The notes beneath the pieces were generated by a model. It made no database searches. It saw nothing but the letters and a program-made list of their open reading frames with translations, and had not been told where the DNA came from. DNA of 64,000 nt from the human T2T-CHM13v2.0 reference genome, Homo sapiens: NCBI RefSeq assembly GCF_009914755.1, contig NC_060932.1; one strand, written 5' to 3'. Positions 1-14,017 of this stretch are shown one piece after another. The position numbers and the translations under genes were made by a program. How positions within the stretch are numbered: position 1 is the first letter of the stretch; each line of letters starts with the position of its first letter.

Positions 1-613
1 ATTCCAGGAGCATTTCCCAATTTCTGGTGGAAATTTCCCATGGAATAGCACTGTCCTTCTCATACATCTAGGTTCTTCCCCAACTTATGCAAGTGAGCCT
101 CACTTTTTCAATTATAAAAGAAATACATTCCCAAATCTTAGAAATGTTGGAAAATACAGAAAAGTATGAGGAAGAAAATTGAAGTCAGATATCTAGAAAT
201 TTTGGTAAAATTTTCCCAATTTTTTTCTATGCAGTCATGTATACATATGTACATGCAGCATTTATTTATTTAATATGCAATATAATTAATCTACTATCAG
301 TTCCAAAATTAGCCATTACTAATGCCTACATCTGCTCATGTGCGCCTCTTCTTCCCAATCCCTCTGTCTGCCTCCCCGGATTGGAGGTATACACTGAGGT
401 TGCTGTTTTCAGAGACGAAGTCTCACTGTGTTGCCCGGGCTGGAGTGCAGTGGCCATTCACAGGCAGGATCAGAGTGCACTACAGCCTGAAACTTCTGGG
501 CTCAAGTGATCCTCCCGCCTCAGCCTCCCAAGTAGCTGGGGATATAGGTGTGCACCACTGCACCCAACTTGATGTTTATGTTTATTGCTCCCTTGCTTCT
601 TAAAATTACAATA

Positions 614-631
614 CACACACACACACACACA
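614..631. repeat. (CA)n microsatellite
   Basis: Direct read, about 9 units. Confidence 0.9.
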
Positions 632-1650
632 ATTGGGATTACACTGTACATATACTTTTGTTCCCTCCTTTATCTTTTTTCAATGAGCCTTTCTTCAAGA
701 TCATCAAATATTATCAGAACCCATGGCTATACCACAACCCAGAATATGGATGTATTATAATTTATTTAATGTCCGCTAGATGTTGGCCATTTGGGTTCTT
801 TTGGCTTTGCTTTGCTTTTGTTTTGAGATGGTGTCTCACTGTGTCACCCAGGCTGGAGTGCAGTGGCGCCATCTCGGCTCACTGTAGCCTCAACCTCCTG
901 GTCTCAAGCGATCCTCCCAGCCCCTCCTGAGTAGCTGGGAACACAGACGTGCGCCACCAACCTCAGCTAATTTTTTATTTTTTATAGAGATGGGGGTCTC
1001 GCTATATTTTTCAGGCTGATCTTGAACTCTTGGCCTTAAGCGATCTTCCTGCCTCAACTTCCTGAGGTGCTGGGATTACAGGCGTGAGCCACCATGCCAG
1101 GCCAGCCCTTTTTCTTTAAAGAAACGGAATTGAACTACACAGCTGGCTTCAGAATCATATCCTACACTCAGGGTAATTGAGCTATGAAGTCTTTACAGAA
1201 GAGCTGCTGTTCTCAGCTGTTTTTTCAATCTCTGAGAGTAAAACTATACTAAACTTCCAAGATTTTTCTCTGAACGAGGCCACAGGGGGTTACCTTGGCT
1301 CAGCGGGTGACCTGGGCTGGGAGCCTGCTCCCTTGGGGACAGCATCTCCCTGGGCCTCTGCACTCAGATGCTCTGGGTGTTTCCCTGGATGGCAGCTCTG
1401 AGCACTGTCATTGTGCCCTGGACACGAAAGACGCTTAGCAAACATCCCTCAAAGGAAGGCATTGAGAGTCCCTTCCCAGCTCTAAAATTCTGATTCTATT
1501 GATTTGACAGGAGAATGCCATGGGTATTGGTATCAGGATTTGGACTGAGAAAGCCCTTTCCACACTTCCCAAGAGTTTAGATAGCAGTGTGGGTGGGAAA
1601 TGAGAATGTGAGAACGAGTGCATTATTTGGCTGTAGTTCTGAGGTGGTGA

Positions 1651-2022
<372 letters not shown>

Positions 2023-2874
2023 TAACTGGACAGGACTAGAGGGACAGGAAGCAAAGGATGGATCCTTCCTGCAGCAGCTGACTTCCTCCACGGTTTTCTC
2101 ATCACCTTCTTGCTTCAGGTCTTTCTGGATTACCTGGGACTGGTGTTGTCAGGTCCTTTCAGAAGAAAGACCTTCAGATAACAGAATGTTGTGAAATTTC
2201 CATTAAAAAAATTTTTTTTAACAGATAAGGATCTTGGTCTGTCACTCAGGCTGTGGTACAGTGTATGATCATAGCTCATTGTAGCCTTGACCTCCCATCC
2301 CAGGCTCAAGCCATCCATCCTTCCACCTCTGCCTGCTCAGTAGTCAGGACTACAGGAGGCCACCATCACCCTCAGCTAATTAAAAATGTTTTTTTTAGAG
2401 ACAGGGTCTCACTATGTTGCTCAGCCTACACTTGTACTCCTCGCCTCACAGGATAGTCTGAAGTTGTGGCTCTAATATTCATATGTATATGAATAAACGT
2501 GAGTTTTGCCTGTATAGCTTTTAAACTCCTTTCTTTTCTTTCTTTTTGTTTTGTTTTATTTGAGAGGGAGTTTCACTCTGTCGCCCAGGCTAGAGTGAAG
2601 TGGGGCAATCTCAGCTCACTGCAACCTCTACCTCCCAGGTTCAAGCAATTCTCCTGCCTCAGTCTCCTGAGTAGCTGGTACTACAGGCATGTGCCACCAT
2701 GCTCGGCTAATTTTTGTATTTTTAGTAGAGACGGGGTTTCACCATGTTGGCCAGGCTGGTCTCGAACTCCTTATCTCGGGTGATCCACCCGCCCGAGCCT
2801 CCCAAAGTGCTAGGATTATAGGTGCAAGGCACCGCACCTGGTCTAAACTCCTTTCTTTTCTTTTCTTCTTTTAT

Positions 2875-3119
<245 letters not shown>

Positions 3120-4373
3120 TGATCTGCCTGCCTTGGCCTCCCAAAGTGCTGGGATTACAGGCGTGAGCCACTGCGCCCAGCCAACTCCTTTATTTTCATG
3201 TGTTATTTACTGATGAACATTTTCTATAAGCCAGGTAAATTATGCACTATGGTTACATTATTTGTTTGTTTTTGGAGATGGTGTCTCCCTCTGTCGTCCA
3301 GGCTGTAGCGCAGTGGCGCAATCACAGCTCACAGCAGCCTTGACCTCCCTGGGCTCAAGTGATCTTCCCACCTCAGCCTCTCAAGTAGCTGGGACTACAG
3401 GCACATGCCACCCATGCCTGGCTAATTTTTGTATTTTTTGTAGAGATGGGGTTCAACATATTGCCTAGGCTTGTCTCAAACTCCTGGGCTCAAGCAATCC
3501 ACTGCCTCAGTCTTCCAAACTGCTAGGATTACAGGAGTGAGCCATGGCACCCGGCCTGGATACATTATTTGATTTAATATCCACTACAATCCTGAGTAGA
3601 TATTAAGTTAGTTCTGTTTCACAGATGTGGAAACTGAGGCAGAGAGAGGTTAATGCTTGCCTAAGACCACAGAGTTGGCAAAGCTGAGACACAAATTCAG
3701 CTCTTTGGACTCCTAAGCTCACTTTATTTCGCCTACTAGGTTATACTACCTTGCTTATGACATTGACCATATTTGGCCTCATTCAGCAGATATTTGTCCA
3801 AGTCTTACATTATGAGTCTCTTGGGGACATGTATCTTACTTATCTCTTATTAACTTCAAATACCTTTCACACAGCGGTCAAATCTGATATTTGCCTTTTG
3901 ATTCAAGCAGCAACTTGGTATTGTGTACTGTGGAGTATCACAGACTTTGTGGGGGACTTTTTGTCTCTTTTTATTTCAAAAAAAATTTTAAACTCAGTGG
4001 AAAATTTCAAGAATAGTGCAATGAACACACATATACGTTCCACCTCGATTAACCAATTGTTAACATTTTATCATATTTGCTTTTTCTTTTTTTCTGGATC
4101 ATTTGAGGGTTAGTTGCAGCTACATGATATTTCACTTCTAAATACTTCAGCATGCATCTCCTAAAATCAAGGCCATTTCTGCATAACCAACGTACACTAT
4201 CCTTAGAATTTTTTTTTTTTTTTTAGACGGAGTCTTGCCCTGTCACCCAGGCTGGAGTGCAATGGCACGATCTTGGCTCACTGCAACGTCCACCTCCGGG
4301 GTTCAAGTTGATTCTCCTGCTTCAGCCTCCCCAGTAGCTGGGATTACAGGCACCCGCCACCATGCCCAGCTAA

Positions 4374-4956
<583 letters not shown>

Positions 4957-5559
4957 TGCTTCCTTTAACCTAGAGCAGTTCACTAGCCTTTTTCCTAATC
5001 TTTCATGAAACTGACATTTTTGAAGACTGGGCAGTTGTCTTGCAGGTCTCTCAGTTTGGATTTGCCTGATTGTTTCGTCCTGAAGAGAGGCAAATTACAC
5101 ACTTTTACAAGAATATTATCTCTGTGTCCCTCTCTGTGCCTCACACCAGGGGCATATGTCAGTCCCTACCATCCCCCGTTTGATCAGTCTCTTTGATGTG
5201 AAGGTACCCTTTTCTCTTTAGTGAGTAATCTATGGGGGTGATACTTTGAAACCATATGAACATCCTCAACGGTCCACTGATCATTTCAGCCTGAATCAAT
5301 TATTATCATGGTGGTTCCAAGACGATGATTTTCTATTTCTGTCATCTATTCTACCTTTATTAGTTGGTCTTCTCCTCTACAGAAGAGCTTTTTCTCCTCC
5401 ACATCCTCTGCCCCTTTGAATTATCATCTCTCACTACTTGTGGGATCTTGAATCAATCACTTACTCCCTGGGGACCTGTGTATTCTCATCCTTAAGACGA
5501 GATGACCTAAGAGTGACACTCTTGAAGTCTGGTCAGTCTGAAATGAAATTCCCATAAGA

Positions 5560-5825
5560 GGCTGGGCGTGGGCTCAGGCCTGTGATCCCAGCACTCTGGT
5601 AGGCGCAGGCGGGCGGATCACTTATGCCGTGGAGTTCGAGACCAGCCTGGAAACATAGGGAGATTCCCGTCTTTACCAAAAAAAAAAAAAAAAAAAAATT
5701 AAATTAGCCGGGCGTGGTGGCGCGCTTCTGTGGACCCTCCTACTCAGGAGGCTTAGGCAGGAGGACGGCTTGAGCCCAGGAGGTCGAGGCTCCAGTGAGC
5801 CAAGATCGCGCCACTACACTCCGGC
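5560..5825 (+). mobile_element. AluJ-like element abutting the VDAC3 CpG island
   Basis: Diverged Alu dimer with an expanded central A tract and retained CpGs; no 3' tail. Confidence 0.8.
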
Positions 5826-6650
5826 CTGCGGCATGCCTCAAACCTGGGGTCCGGCACCCTGCGGCCTTTTCGCGGCCGCACCCATGGCAACAGTTAACTA
5901 GCAACCTCGCGCATTCTCGCGAGAATGAGTCCCCTCAAGGGCACAGGTGCGGTCCCCAGCCTCTTGGGCCCCCAGTCAACCTCACTGTCCACACCGAGCC
6001 CTCCTGCGCACGCGCGCTGCGGAGCCGGACAGTTGGTGGTGCTGGCTTGGCCCGGCTGTTCGTCTCCGCGCCTTGCTCCGAAGCGCGCGACCGTGGCGCG
6101 ACACGCCGGCGCACAGGCGCTCTCGGGGAGGGGCGGCGCGCAGGCGCGGCTGGGGGTGCGAGGCTGCGCAGGCGCGGACGGCGTTGGTTTGAAGACCTTC
6201 AGCGTTGCCCTGGCGGAGCAGAGACAGGCCCTCGGGGTGGAGGTGAGGAGAGCTGAGGCCGCGCGGGCTCCAGTCCCGGAGAGCGGTGGGCCGCGGCCGA
6301 GCAGAGCGCCAGGCGGGAGGCGGGCCTAACGGAGGCTCTGTGGGCAGGGAGCAGGCTACCGGGGCGCGGGGGGCCGGGGCCGCTCGCTCCCGCCGGGACC
6401 CGCCCGGGCCACCTCAGGCGATGGAGCCGCAGCACGGCGGGGCAAGTGGCCTCCGGGCGCGGGCAGCGACCTATCCCGCCGGCGTGTGGACCGCACTTTC
6501 CTCCCAGGGGTCAGCTAGAAAGGAGATCGGTTCTAGGGAAGTTGGATCCTCGAACCCCACACCCATCTCCCGCCCGCCCCTGCCCCCTCCTTACGGCCGA
6601 GGGAGGGTGCCCTGCGTGCAATTCAAAACGGAGAAGCGAGGAACGAAAAG
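5820..6650 (+). promoter_or_regulatory. VDAC3: CpG-island promoter of VDAC3
   Basis: Very GC- and CpG-rich segment around exon 1. Contains TCTCGCGAGA (5915-5924), X-box-like GTTAACTAGCAAC (5893-5905), NRF1-like GCGCA(C/G)GCGC at 6005-6016, 6137-6148 and 6165-6176, and a GC box near 6130. No TATA box seen. Confidence 0.9.
6100..6242 (+). other. VDAC3: VDAC3 non-coding exon 1 (TSS approximate)
   Basis: Donor GGAG|gtgagg at 6242/6243 inside the CpG island. Joins to exon 2 to give the VDAC3 5'UTR as I recall it. Confidence 0.8.
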
Positions 6651-8158
6651 GGCTCTGTACTGGCTGTCAAGTTAGTGGCTTTGTAAAGCAGTAGCAACCG
6701 GCTTAACGCCTTTCCCCGTCTGCGTCTCCTGCAGCCTCTGTGCAGTGTGCACATCTATGGGCAGGTGCATTCTGTAGAGCTGGTGGAGACGTGTGGTTGT
6801 AGCTTTACTCTCGAGGAACATGAAGTTTCTGTTGTTCTCGATTTTTGCTTGATCATACTAGCAGTGCATTTCCCATCAGAGTCATAGGCCTGAAAAAGTC
6901 AGCTTGAACTAGGCAGAATTGAGGTCAGTTAGTATACTAAACCAGCTACGTGACTTTTGCATAGTATCTCGTACTGGTTTTGAAAAATAACAAAACAAAA
7001 TGCTGAAATATTGTAAATAGTCCCTAGACGTATATATAGTGCTTCTAAACATTTAAGTGTATCTTTTCTCGGCAGTATGAAAAACCAGACTGTAAAGCTT
7101 TAACATTTCTATTTCAATATATACTGCCTGCATTTCTATACTTACTTCCCAAATTACAGACTTCTGGCAAAATTTCAACAAATATCAACATCAGTTGTAA
7201 TCATAAAGAGTAATATCAAATTGCAATTGGGATAATATAAAAAGCCTAGAATTGATCACTTTAGTACAAGGGATTGAATTGTAAAATAATCGTTCTGTAA
7301 GTGAATTATGAAACCTGGTAGCTTAGAGCAAAGTTTTACTATGGAATGAGTCAGTACATTTATACTACCGTTTCCTCTTTAATTTTTTTTTCTTTTTAGT
7401 TTTTTATACTAGTCTCTTTATATCATAGTGTCTGTCATATTTGACAGGTTTATGTTAAGGAACAAAACTTAAATGCATTCCCATTTAAGTGCATCATATG
7501 TATATGTTTGGTATGATGGGGTAGGCAGAAGCTTAGCAGAAGTCTGGATTAAGAGCTGGGCTATATATAAATAAATATGAGCTTAAATGTGTAGATCATT
7601 CAGGCGTAGCAATTGCAAGGGCTAGCTGGTACTCTGGATTTTTCTGACATATGGGCTAATGGCACTGCTAGAGGTGGCTCTGTAATTGGTTAGACATAGC
7701 TTTTGAGTCTGCGAGAGGAATACAGAAGAACCTGCTGCAGAAAGATTTCCCATGATACAAAGAGGGCAAAGGAATGAGATAATCAGCAGTGTTGATAGCT
7801 CTGAGAATTTGATATGAGGGTCATATTACCAGTAGCAAAGCTGGGCAGATTTTTAGTAGGCAAGATGAAAAATCAAGGCACCTGAGGTTTTTGAAGGCTT
7901 TAACTTCAGAGTTTACACTAACTTTTGGTAAGCAGGTTGCTGCAGGTAGAATCTGTCATATTTCTGGTTAATGGGTAAAATTATAGCACTTTAAGAAGAG
8001 CTTTGAGAGAAGATATATTCTAGATGAATACACTTCAATTCGTATGGTAAATTCTTATTTTAAGAACTGAATTTCAGAGGAGAAAAATGTTAACCCTGAG
8101 GATTTTGATTGCATCTTTTAACAGTTTCTTTAAAAATTTCCATTGTTGTCTTATACAG

Positions 8159-8198
8159 GTCTTTGGTTTCATAAGAGCCTGAGAGAGATTTTTCTAAG
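8159..8198 (+). other. VDAC3: VDAC3 non-coding exon 2 (40 nt)
   Basis: ttatacag|GTCTTTGG...TTCTAAG|gtaaat, with canonical splice sites. Confidence 0.85.
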
Positions 8199-8525
8199 GT
8201 AAATTTTGCATATATTTTTAAAAGAAGTCCAGTTTAACATAGCATCTTTTTCATCCTGTAAGAACTTACTTTTCTTTGAAATGCAATCAGAAAGATGACC
8301 TCTGAATCTCACGGGAAAACTGTTTTATTCTCAGTATTCTGGAAAGGTCTGTTTTTTAAGGAGCAGACTGCTGTCTCATACCTTTGATTGCATTAAAGCA
8401 TTAATGATACACAGGAAGAGAAAACTGTATACCCCTTCTCACAGGATTAAACAGCAGAAGAACTGTGGGTGAATAAATACTAAATGGTTATTTTTATTCC
8501 TTTGCCCTGTTTTTCTTTATAAGAT

Positions 8526-8592
8526 ATGTGTAACACACCAACGTACTGTGACCTAGGAAAGGCTGCTAAGGATGTCTTCAACAAAGGATATG
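8526..8592 (+). CDS. VDAC3: VDAC3 first coding exon (exon 3; exon starts 8524)
   Basis: ATG at 8526 gives MCNTPTYCDLGKAAKDVFNKGY, the VDAC3-specific N-terminus with Cys2 and Cys8. Acceptor ataag|AT, donor G|gtaagt. Confidence 0.98.
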
Positions 8593-9397
8593 GTAAGTAT
8601 GCTATTGTAACTTTCCAGTTTGGGGTAAAGGTTAGTGTTGAATGCCTACTGTGTGTAAATACTGTGTTAGTAAAATAAGGGTAAGTCAGCATTATTCCAC
8701 TTCACAAGATTTAAGGGGATAACTATTAACAGGCTATTAGACCTCATTCTTTAGAGGCAGAACCCCTTACAAGCATTAAAAGCAATTATATACATATACA
8801 GATGCATATACATGTCCATATTTAATGTTATCTGGAATGTAGAATAATATATATAACATTTATGTCTCTTTGTCTGGCCCTGAGGACAATTAAATTAGGG
8901 GGTAGAACTTTTCCTCCCTCCAAACAGTGGCATTGTTTTTATGAAAGTGACAACATAACTTTTGACTTCTTTGGAGTAATGTATATTCTGATCCTAAATA
9001 AATATTTTTTAGGTTTTAAAATTTAACTTAAATTTATGTGCTGTACATATTTGATTTTTTCTTATTAACTAGTAATGTTAACTATATTTTAAACGATATA
9101 TATAGCAGCACACTATTTTCAGCAATTTTGATTCTTGGAATAGTGCATATTCCTTTCATTTATTTTTTTCTTTAACTTACATTTTAAAAGTATATCTTTA
9201 TTCATTTTGAGTGCTTGAAAATTATACTGCATTTATTTGGTTATAATTCAGTTTCTTGAGGAACTCTCACCCAATGAAAATACTATGCATTTTTCATATG
9301 GAAGGTACTATAGGCTATTTCATAATTTCTGAGTTGCAAAAACTAGTGAATGTCACATTTTGTACATTACTGTGTTTTTGTGTGTGTGTGTGTATAG

Positions 9398-9447
9398 GCT
9401 TTGGCATGGTCAAGATAGACCTGAAAACCAAGTCTTGTAGTGGAGTG
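9398..9447 (+). CDS. VDAC3: VDAC3 exon 4 (50 nt)
   Basis: (G)FGMVKIDLKTKSCSGV; tatag|GC ... GTG|gtgagt; phase matches the previous exon. Confidence 0.97.
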
Positions 9448-9991
9448 GTGAGTATCTAATATATTTTTAATGAATGTAACATAATTAACTTAAAGGAATC
9501 TGTTTAAAATCATGACAGTCTAGTTACTTGAACCAGCACCATGCTGTCTTCCCCACAGCTTTGTCCTCTCAGATTTTAAACAGCATTCTTAGCCAATTAA
9601 AATAAACAACCAAGTTGAATTTTTGAAGAGACCTTTTGTGTTTCTCAGAGTATACTACAGCTTTCACTCAGAAGATGTAGAATATATATTTTTTGACCCA
9701 TGTCATATGTTTATACTTTCATGAATATGTATATGGGCACCAAAAACCTCACTTCCATGATAATGGGTTCATGGAAATTTTATTACCCTTTTACAAAAAC
9801 AAATTAACTTTACTCTGCCCCTTCATGATTAGTCGAAACAAAATATGTAAATAAAATGTATTTCTGCACGTATGCATGTACATTATTCTACAGTTTTTAA
9901 CTGATGTTTATAAAGTTTTTTTTATTGGAAGTAAAGACTACAGTAAAGGCTATGTTGGCATATTTTCAAAGTATCATTAACAATAGCTTTT

Positions 9992-10583
<592 letters not shown>

Positions 10584-10991
10584 TTGCTTTTATTTAATAA
10601 ATCTCAGCAAGTAGGTTAAGTTTTAATTTACCTTACTCTGATTTCTCCTCATTGGCTGCATCGTTTTTGGTATTTATCCATTCAAACCCATGAAAATTTT
10701 ATTTCTGAATGTATAATTAGAAGGACAAAGACATGTGGAATTCTAATGATACTGTGTATAATCATGGTTTGTGACCATCATTCTTTCCCTGGGTTTCTCT
10801 GGAGTAAATAAATATATATGCACCTCCCTTACTAAGATGGGCACGCTGTGTATATAGTTCTGTTAAAATAGAAGAATCATTCTCATTTTGTGTAGGTTCC
10901 AGAATTTGCTCATTAGGTTTGTGTTGCAAAAATTATCAACTAAAATTTTATCTCCCTTTCATGCTGCTGTTGTGTGGTAATATTCATTCAG

Positions 10992-10994
10992 ATG
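10992..10994 (+). CDS. VDAC3: VDAC3 alternative 3-nt microexon (ATG, adds one Met after V39)
   Basis: ttcattcag|ATG|gtaaga in the phase-0 intron between exons 4 and 5. Matches the known tissue-specific single-ATG exon of VDAC3. Confidence 0.9.
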
Positions 10995-12589
10995 GTAAGA
11001 AAAAAAAGCTTATTCGTATGCTTGTTTTTATGGCTGCTTTTGGTTTCTGGTATTGATTTAGGATAAATTTCAATCATTGTTCCAAATTTCTTAGATTGTG
11101 TCTTGATATTTTTCTCATATGCTATCTACTTAACAGTAACATTTTTGTTTGTTTTGTTGCTTACTAAGCATTTAATGTAGAGCTATATGCATGTTATATG
11201 CATGTTATAAATGTGTTTTGCACTTGTTTGACCAAATTATGAAATTAGACACAAACTGAACTGTGAATCGTGAGCCTGGAACTCAACTTAGAACAATTCT
11301 AGCCTTTTTTTCTGAGATTTGTACCTGTGGCATTTTAGATTCGTGACAGACCTTCAAACTAAGAATTGATGCTGACAAGGGAGAAATGTAGACTACCCCT
11401 CTACCTTAATTTTGTGCATAAGGTTTTTCTAGCACCAAAATTAAGATTTGCATTTGTTATACTTGTCAAGTTTGTGAAAAGTAAATGTAAAAAATAAAAC
11501 ACTAGATAGTTGGATCTACTAAAAGAAAAATGATTGTCACGTTAAAATAATTATGTGAACAGTTAAACATGATTAACATGTTATCATTTTTTTTTTACTA
11601 AGGCCTTCCCCTAAATGTGCAGCATGATACTCTCTTTGAAACCATTCTGTGTGGTTTGATAAACAGAACATAACTTCCCAGTTGTCTCATCTGCCTGTAG
11701 AACTAGAGTTAGGGGACAGGGCATTTGTTAAGGAGAGGATTCATGTTGCAGGCAGTGAAAAAGACTGGTCAGGGTTGGCAGCATCTCATTACTGTTGGCA
11801 GGATTTCAGAAATGCTCCCTAAAACAGGACCAATCAGAATGTTTTTTCTTGACAGTTCATAGATTGTCAGTGACAGGTGCTGTCTGCTTTCCCCAGAAGG
11901 AGGTCCATTTCTAATTGCTTATTGTCATATGACTTAAAGGGCACTGAACTAGGGCAAAGGATGTATTTTATTTTATTTTATTTTTTTGAGACAGAGTCTC
12001 ATTCATAGTAACTGTTTGATAGAAAGCACTCTTAAAGGTAGACAGGATAGAAAGGGGGAAAGAAGGATAAATTATAGCATTCTACTTTATTTTGAAAAAT
12101 GGGTAGTACTTTCAAATATTGAAATTGTCTAAGCAGAAGTTTTGCAGTTTTGCACACAAAAGCATTAAAGTTTTCACAGCAGTGTGACTGTACTTAATGC
12201 CACTTCACTGTACACTTAAAACATTATTAAAATGGTAAAATGTATGTTACATGTATTTACCACAATAAAAAAAAACATTTTTAAAAGGAAGTAGTAAAGT
12301 GTTGACCCTATTAAAAAGGAGGAGGGCAGTATTTTGGGATTTTTAAGGACCTTGAAATTAACTGATAGTTTGAAACATATAGCAGAGAACTGATAATCTT
12401 TTTTTAGGTCATGAAAGTAAAATGTTTAAGATACAATATTTTTGGTCTTTTTAGTAAAGGCATTTGTTTTCAGTAAAGATACTTCTTTTTTAAAGGAGAG
12501 AATTTAGGATTACCATTTGGTAAGAGAGTATATGGAACAAGAGATATTAATAAGAGAAGTAGAGTAATGGAAAGATCTGAAACTGGTAT

Positions 12590-12840
12590 TGAGCTGTCTC
12601 ACTCCGTTGCCCAGGCTAGGGTGAAGTGGCATGATCTCGGCTCACTGCAACCTCTGCCTCCTGGGCTCAGGCTGGGACTACAGTCACGTGCCATCATGCC
12701 TGGCTAATTTTTTGTATTTTTTGTAGAGATGGGGTTTTGCCATGTTGCGCAGGCTGGTCTTGAGCTCCTGGACTCAAGGGATCCACCCGCCTTGGCCTCG
12801 TAACATGCTGGGATTACAGGCATGAGCCACTGCGCCTGGC
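12590..12840 (-). mobile_element. Antisense AluJ/S with internal deletion and no adjacent tail
   Basis: Alu consensus lacking the tgattctcctgcctcagcctcc block. Confidence 0.8.
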
Positions 12841-13025
12841 AGAACTGGTTAAAATATTTAGGGACTGGAAAAGCAAGGGGAAAGGAGGAAAGAAGTTGCT
12901 CTAGAGTAGGGCTGTGGCAAGCAGTAAATGGTATTGTTTTTGATACATTGAACACTGCTTTCCAAAGTGAATATTTTCTATTTGATGAGCTAATTTTAAA
13001 GTAATTATTTTTTCTTGCTTACCAG

Positions 13026-13178
13026 GAATTTTCTACTTCTGGTCATGCTTACACTGATACAGGGAAAGCATCAGGCAACCTAGAAACCAAATATAAGGTC
13101 TGTAACTATGGACTTACCTTCACCCAGAAATGGAACACAGACAATACTCTAGGGACAGAAATCTCTTGGGAGAATAAG
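13026..13178 (+). CDS. VDAC3: VDAC3 exon 5 (153 nt)
   Basis: [51 protein letters not shown]; Q73 in place of VDAC1 E73 is typical of VDAC3; accag| ... |gtaaga. Confidence 0.98.
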
Positions 13179-13964
13179 GTAAGAGAACGCATTAGAAGTT
13201 ATTCATAGGTTCAATTTATCTTGTAGATTGAATGATGAACATACCCCAAATATAATCAAAAGAGATCTTACAACCTATCTAGTAGCCATATTTTTTCTCT
13301 GCATGTGGCCTTTTTTGATGTCTTATGTTTCTAGAAAATAAGGCTTTGTTTGTGAGTACTCTAATTACTATATTACATCTTTGTTCTGACTGGTTCTCTG
13401 TTACACAGCTAAGCTTCTCCTGGGTAGAACAAACTATTTGCGGAAATTTGGTTTAGTTTTGTAATTGTTGAAAAATTGGCTTGACAGAAAAATTTTTCTA
13501 AAATGTTCTCATGTTTTCAAGGAGAAAATCTATTAGATATAGTCAAGTGCCCACTATGTACAGGGCACTGTTTTTGATAGAGATACCATGTATAGATAAT
13601 GTACATGCAAAACTGAGTAAAATGACTTAGCCTGCTTGTTAAATGTCAGGTTATCTCATTACTGCTCTTTCAAGAGAGTATCAAGATGATTTTGTTGTAT
13701 GGGAATTCTGTTTGGTTTTGAACTGTATTTTATGTAACTTGCTAAAATAGGATTTGCCCCATTTTTTAGTGGGAGAACCATGATGAAGGCTGGGGTGAGG
13801 GGACAGGAGGATGGAGAGCTTACTTATTACATAATTTAATATTTTGCTTTCTTGAATGACTCCTTTTTTTTGTTAAAGAACTCAGGAAACTTTAGAATTG
13901 GTTTCTTGAGTTGGATAAATGATTGAAAATTACTAATTATTTATTTTAAATCTTTGTTTTTCAG

Positions 13965-14017
13965 TTGGCTGAAGGGTTGAAACTGACTCTTGATACCATA
14001 TTTGTACCGAACACAGG
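13965..14017 (+). CDS. VDAC3: VDAC3 exon 6 (53 nt)
   Basis: LAEGLKLTLDTIFVPNT(G); tttcag| ... GG|gtaatt. Confidence 0.97.

Noticed and set aside
5795-6694. Overlapping 80-153 aa Arg/Gly/Ala/Pro-rich ORFs
   Set aside because: Stop-codon scarcity in the CpG island; no recognisable domain.
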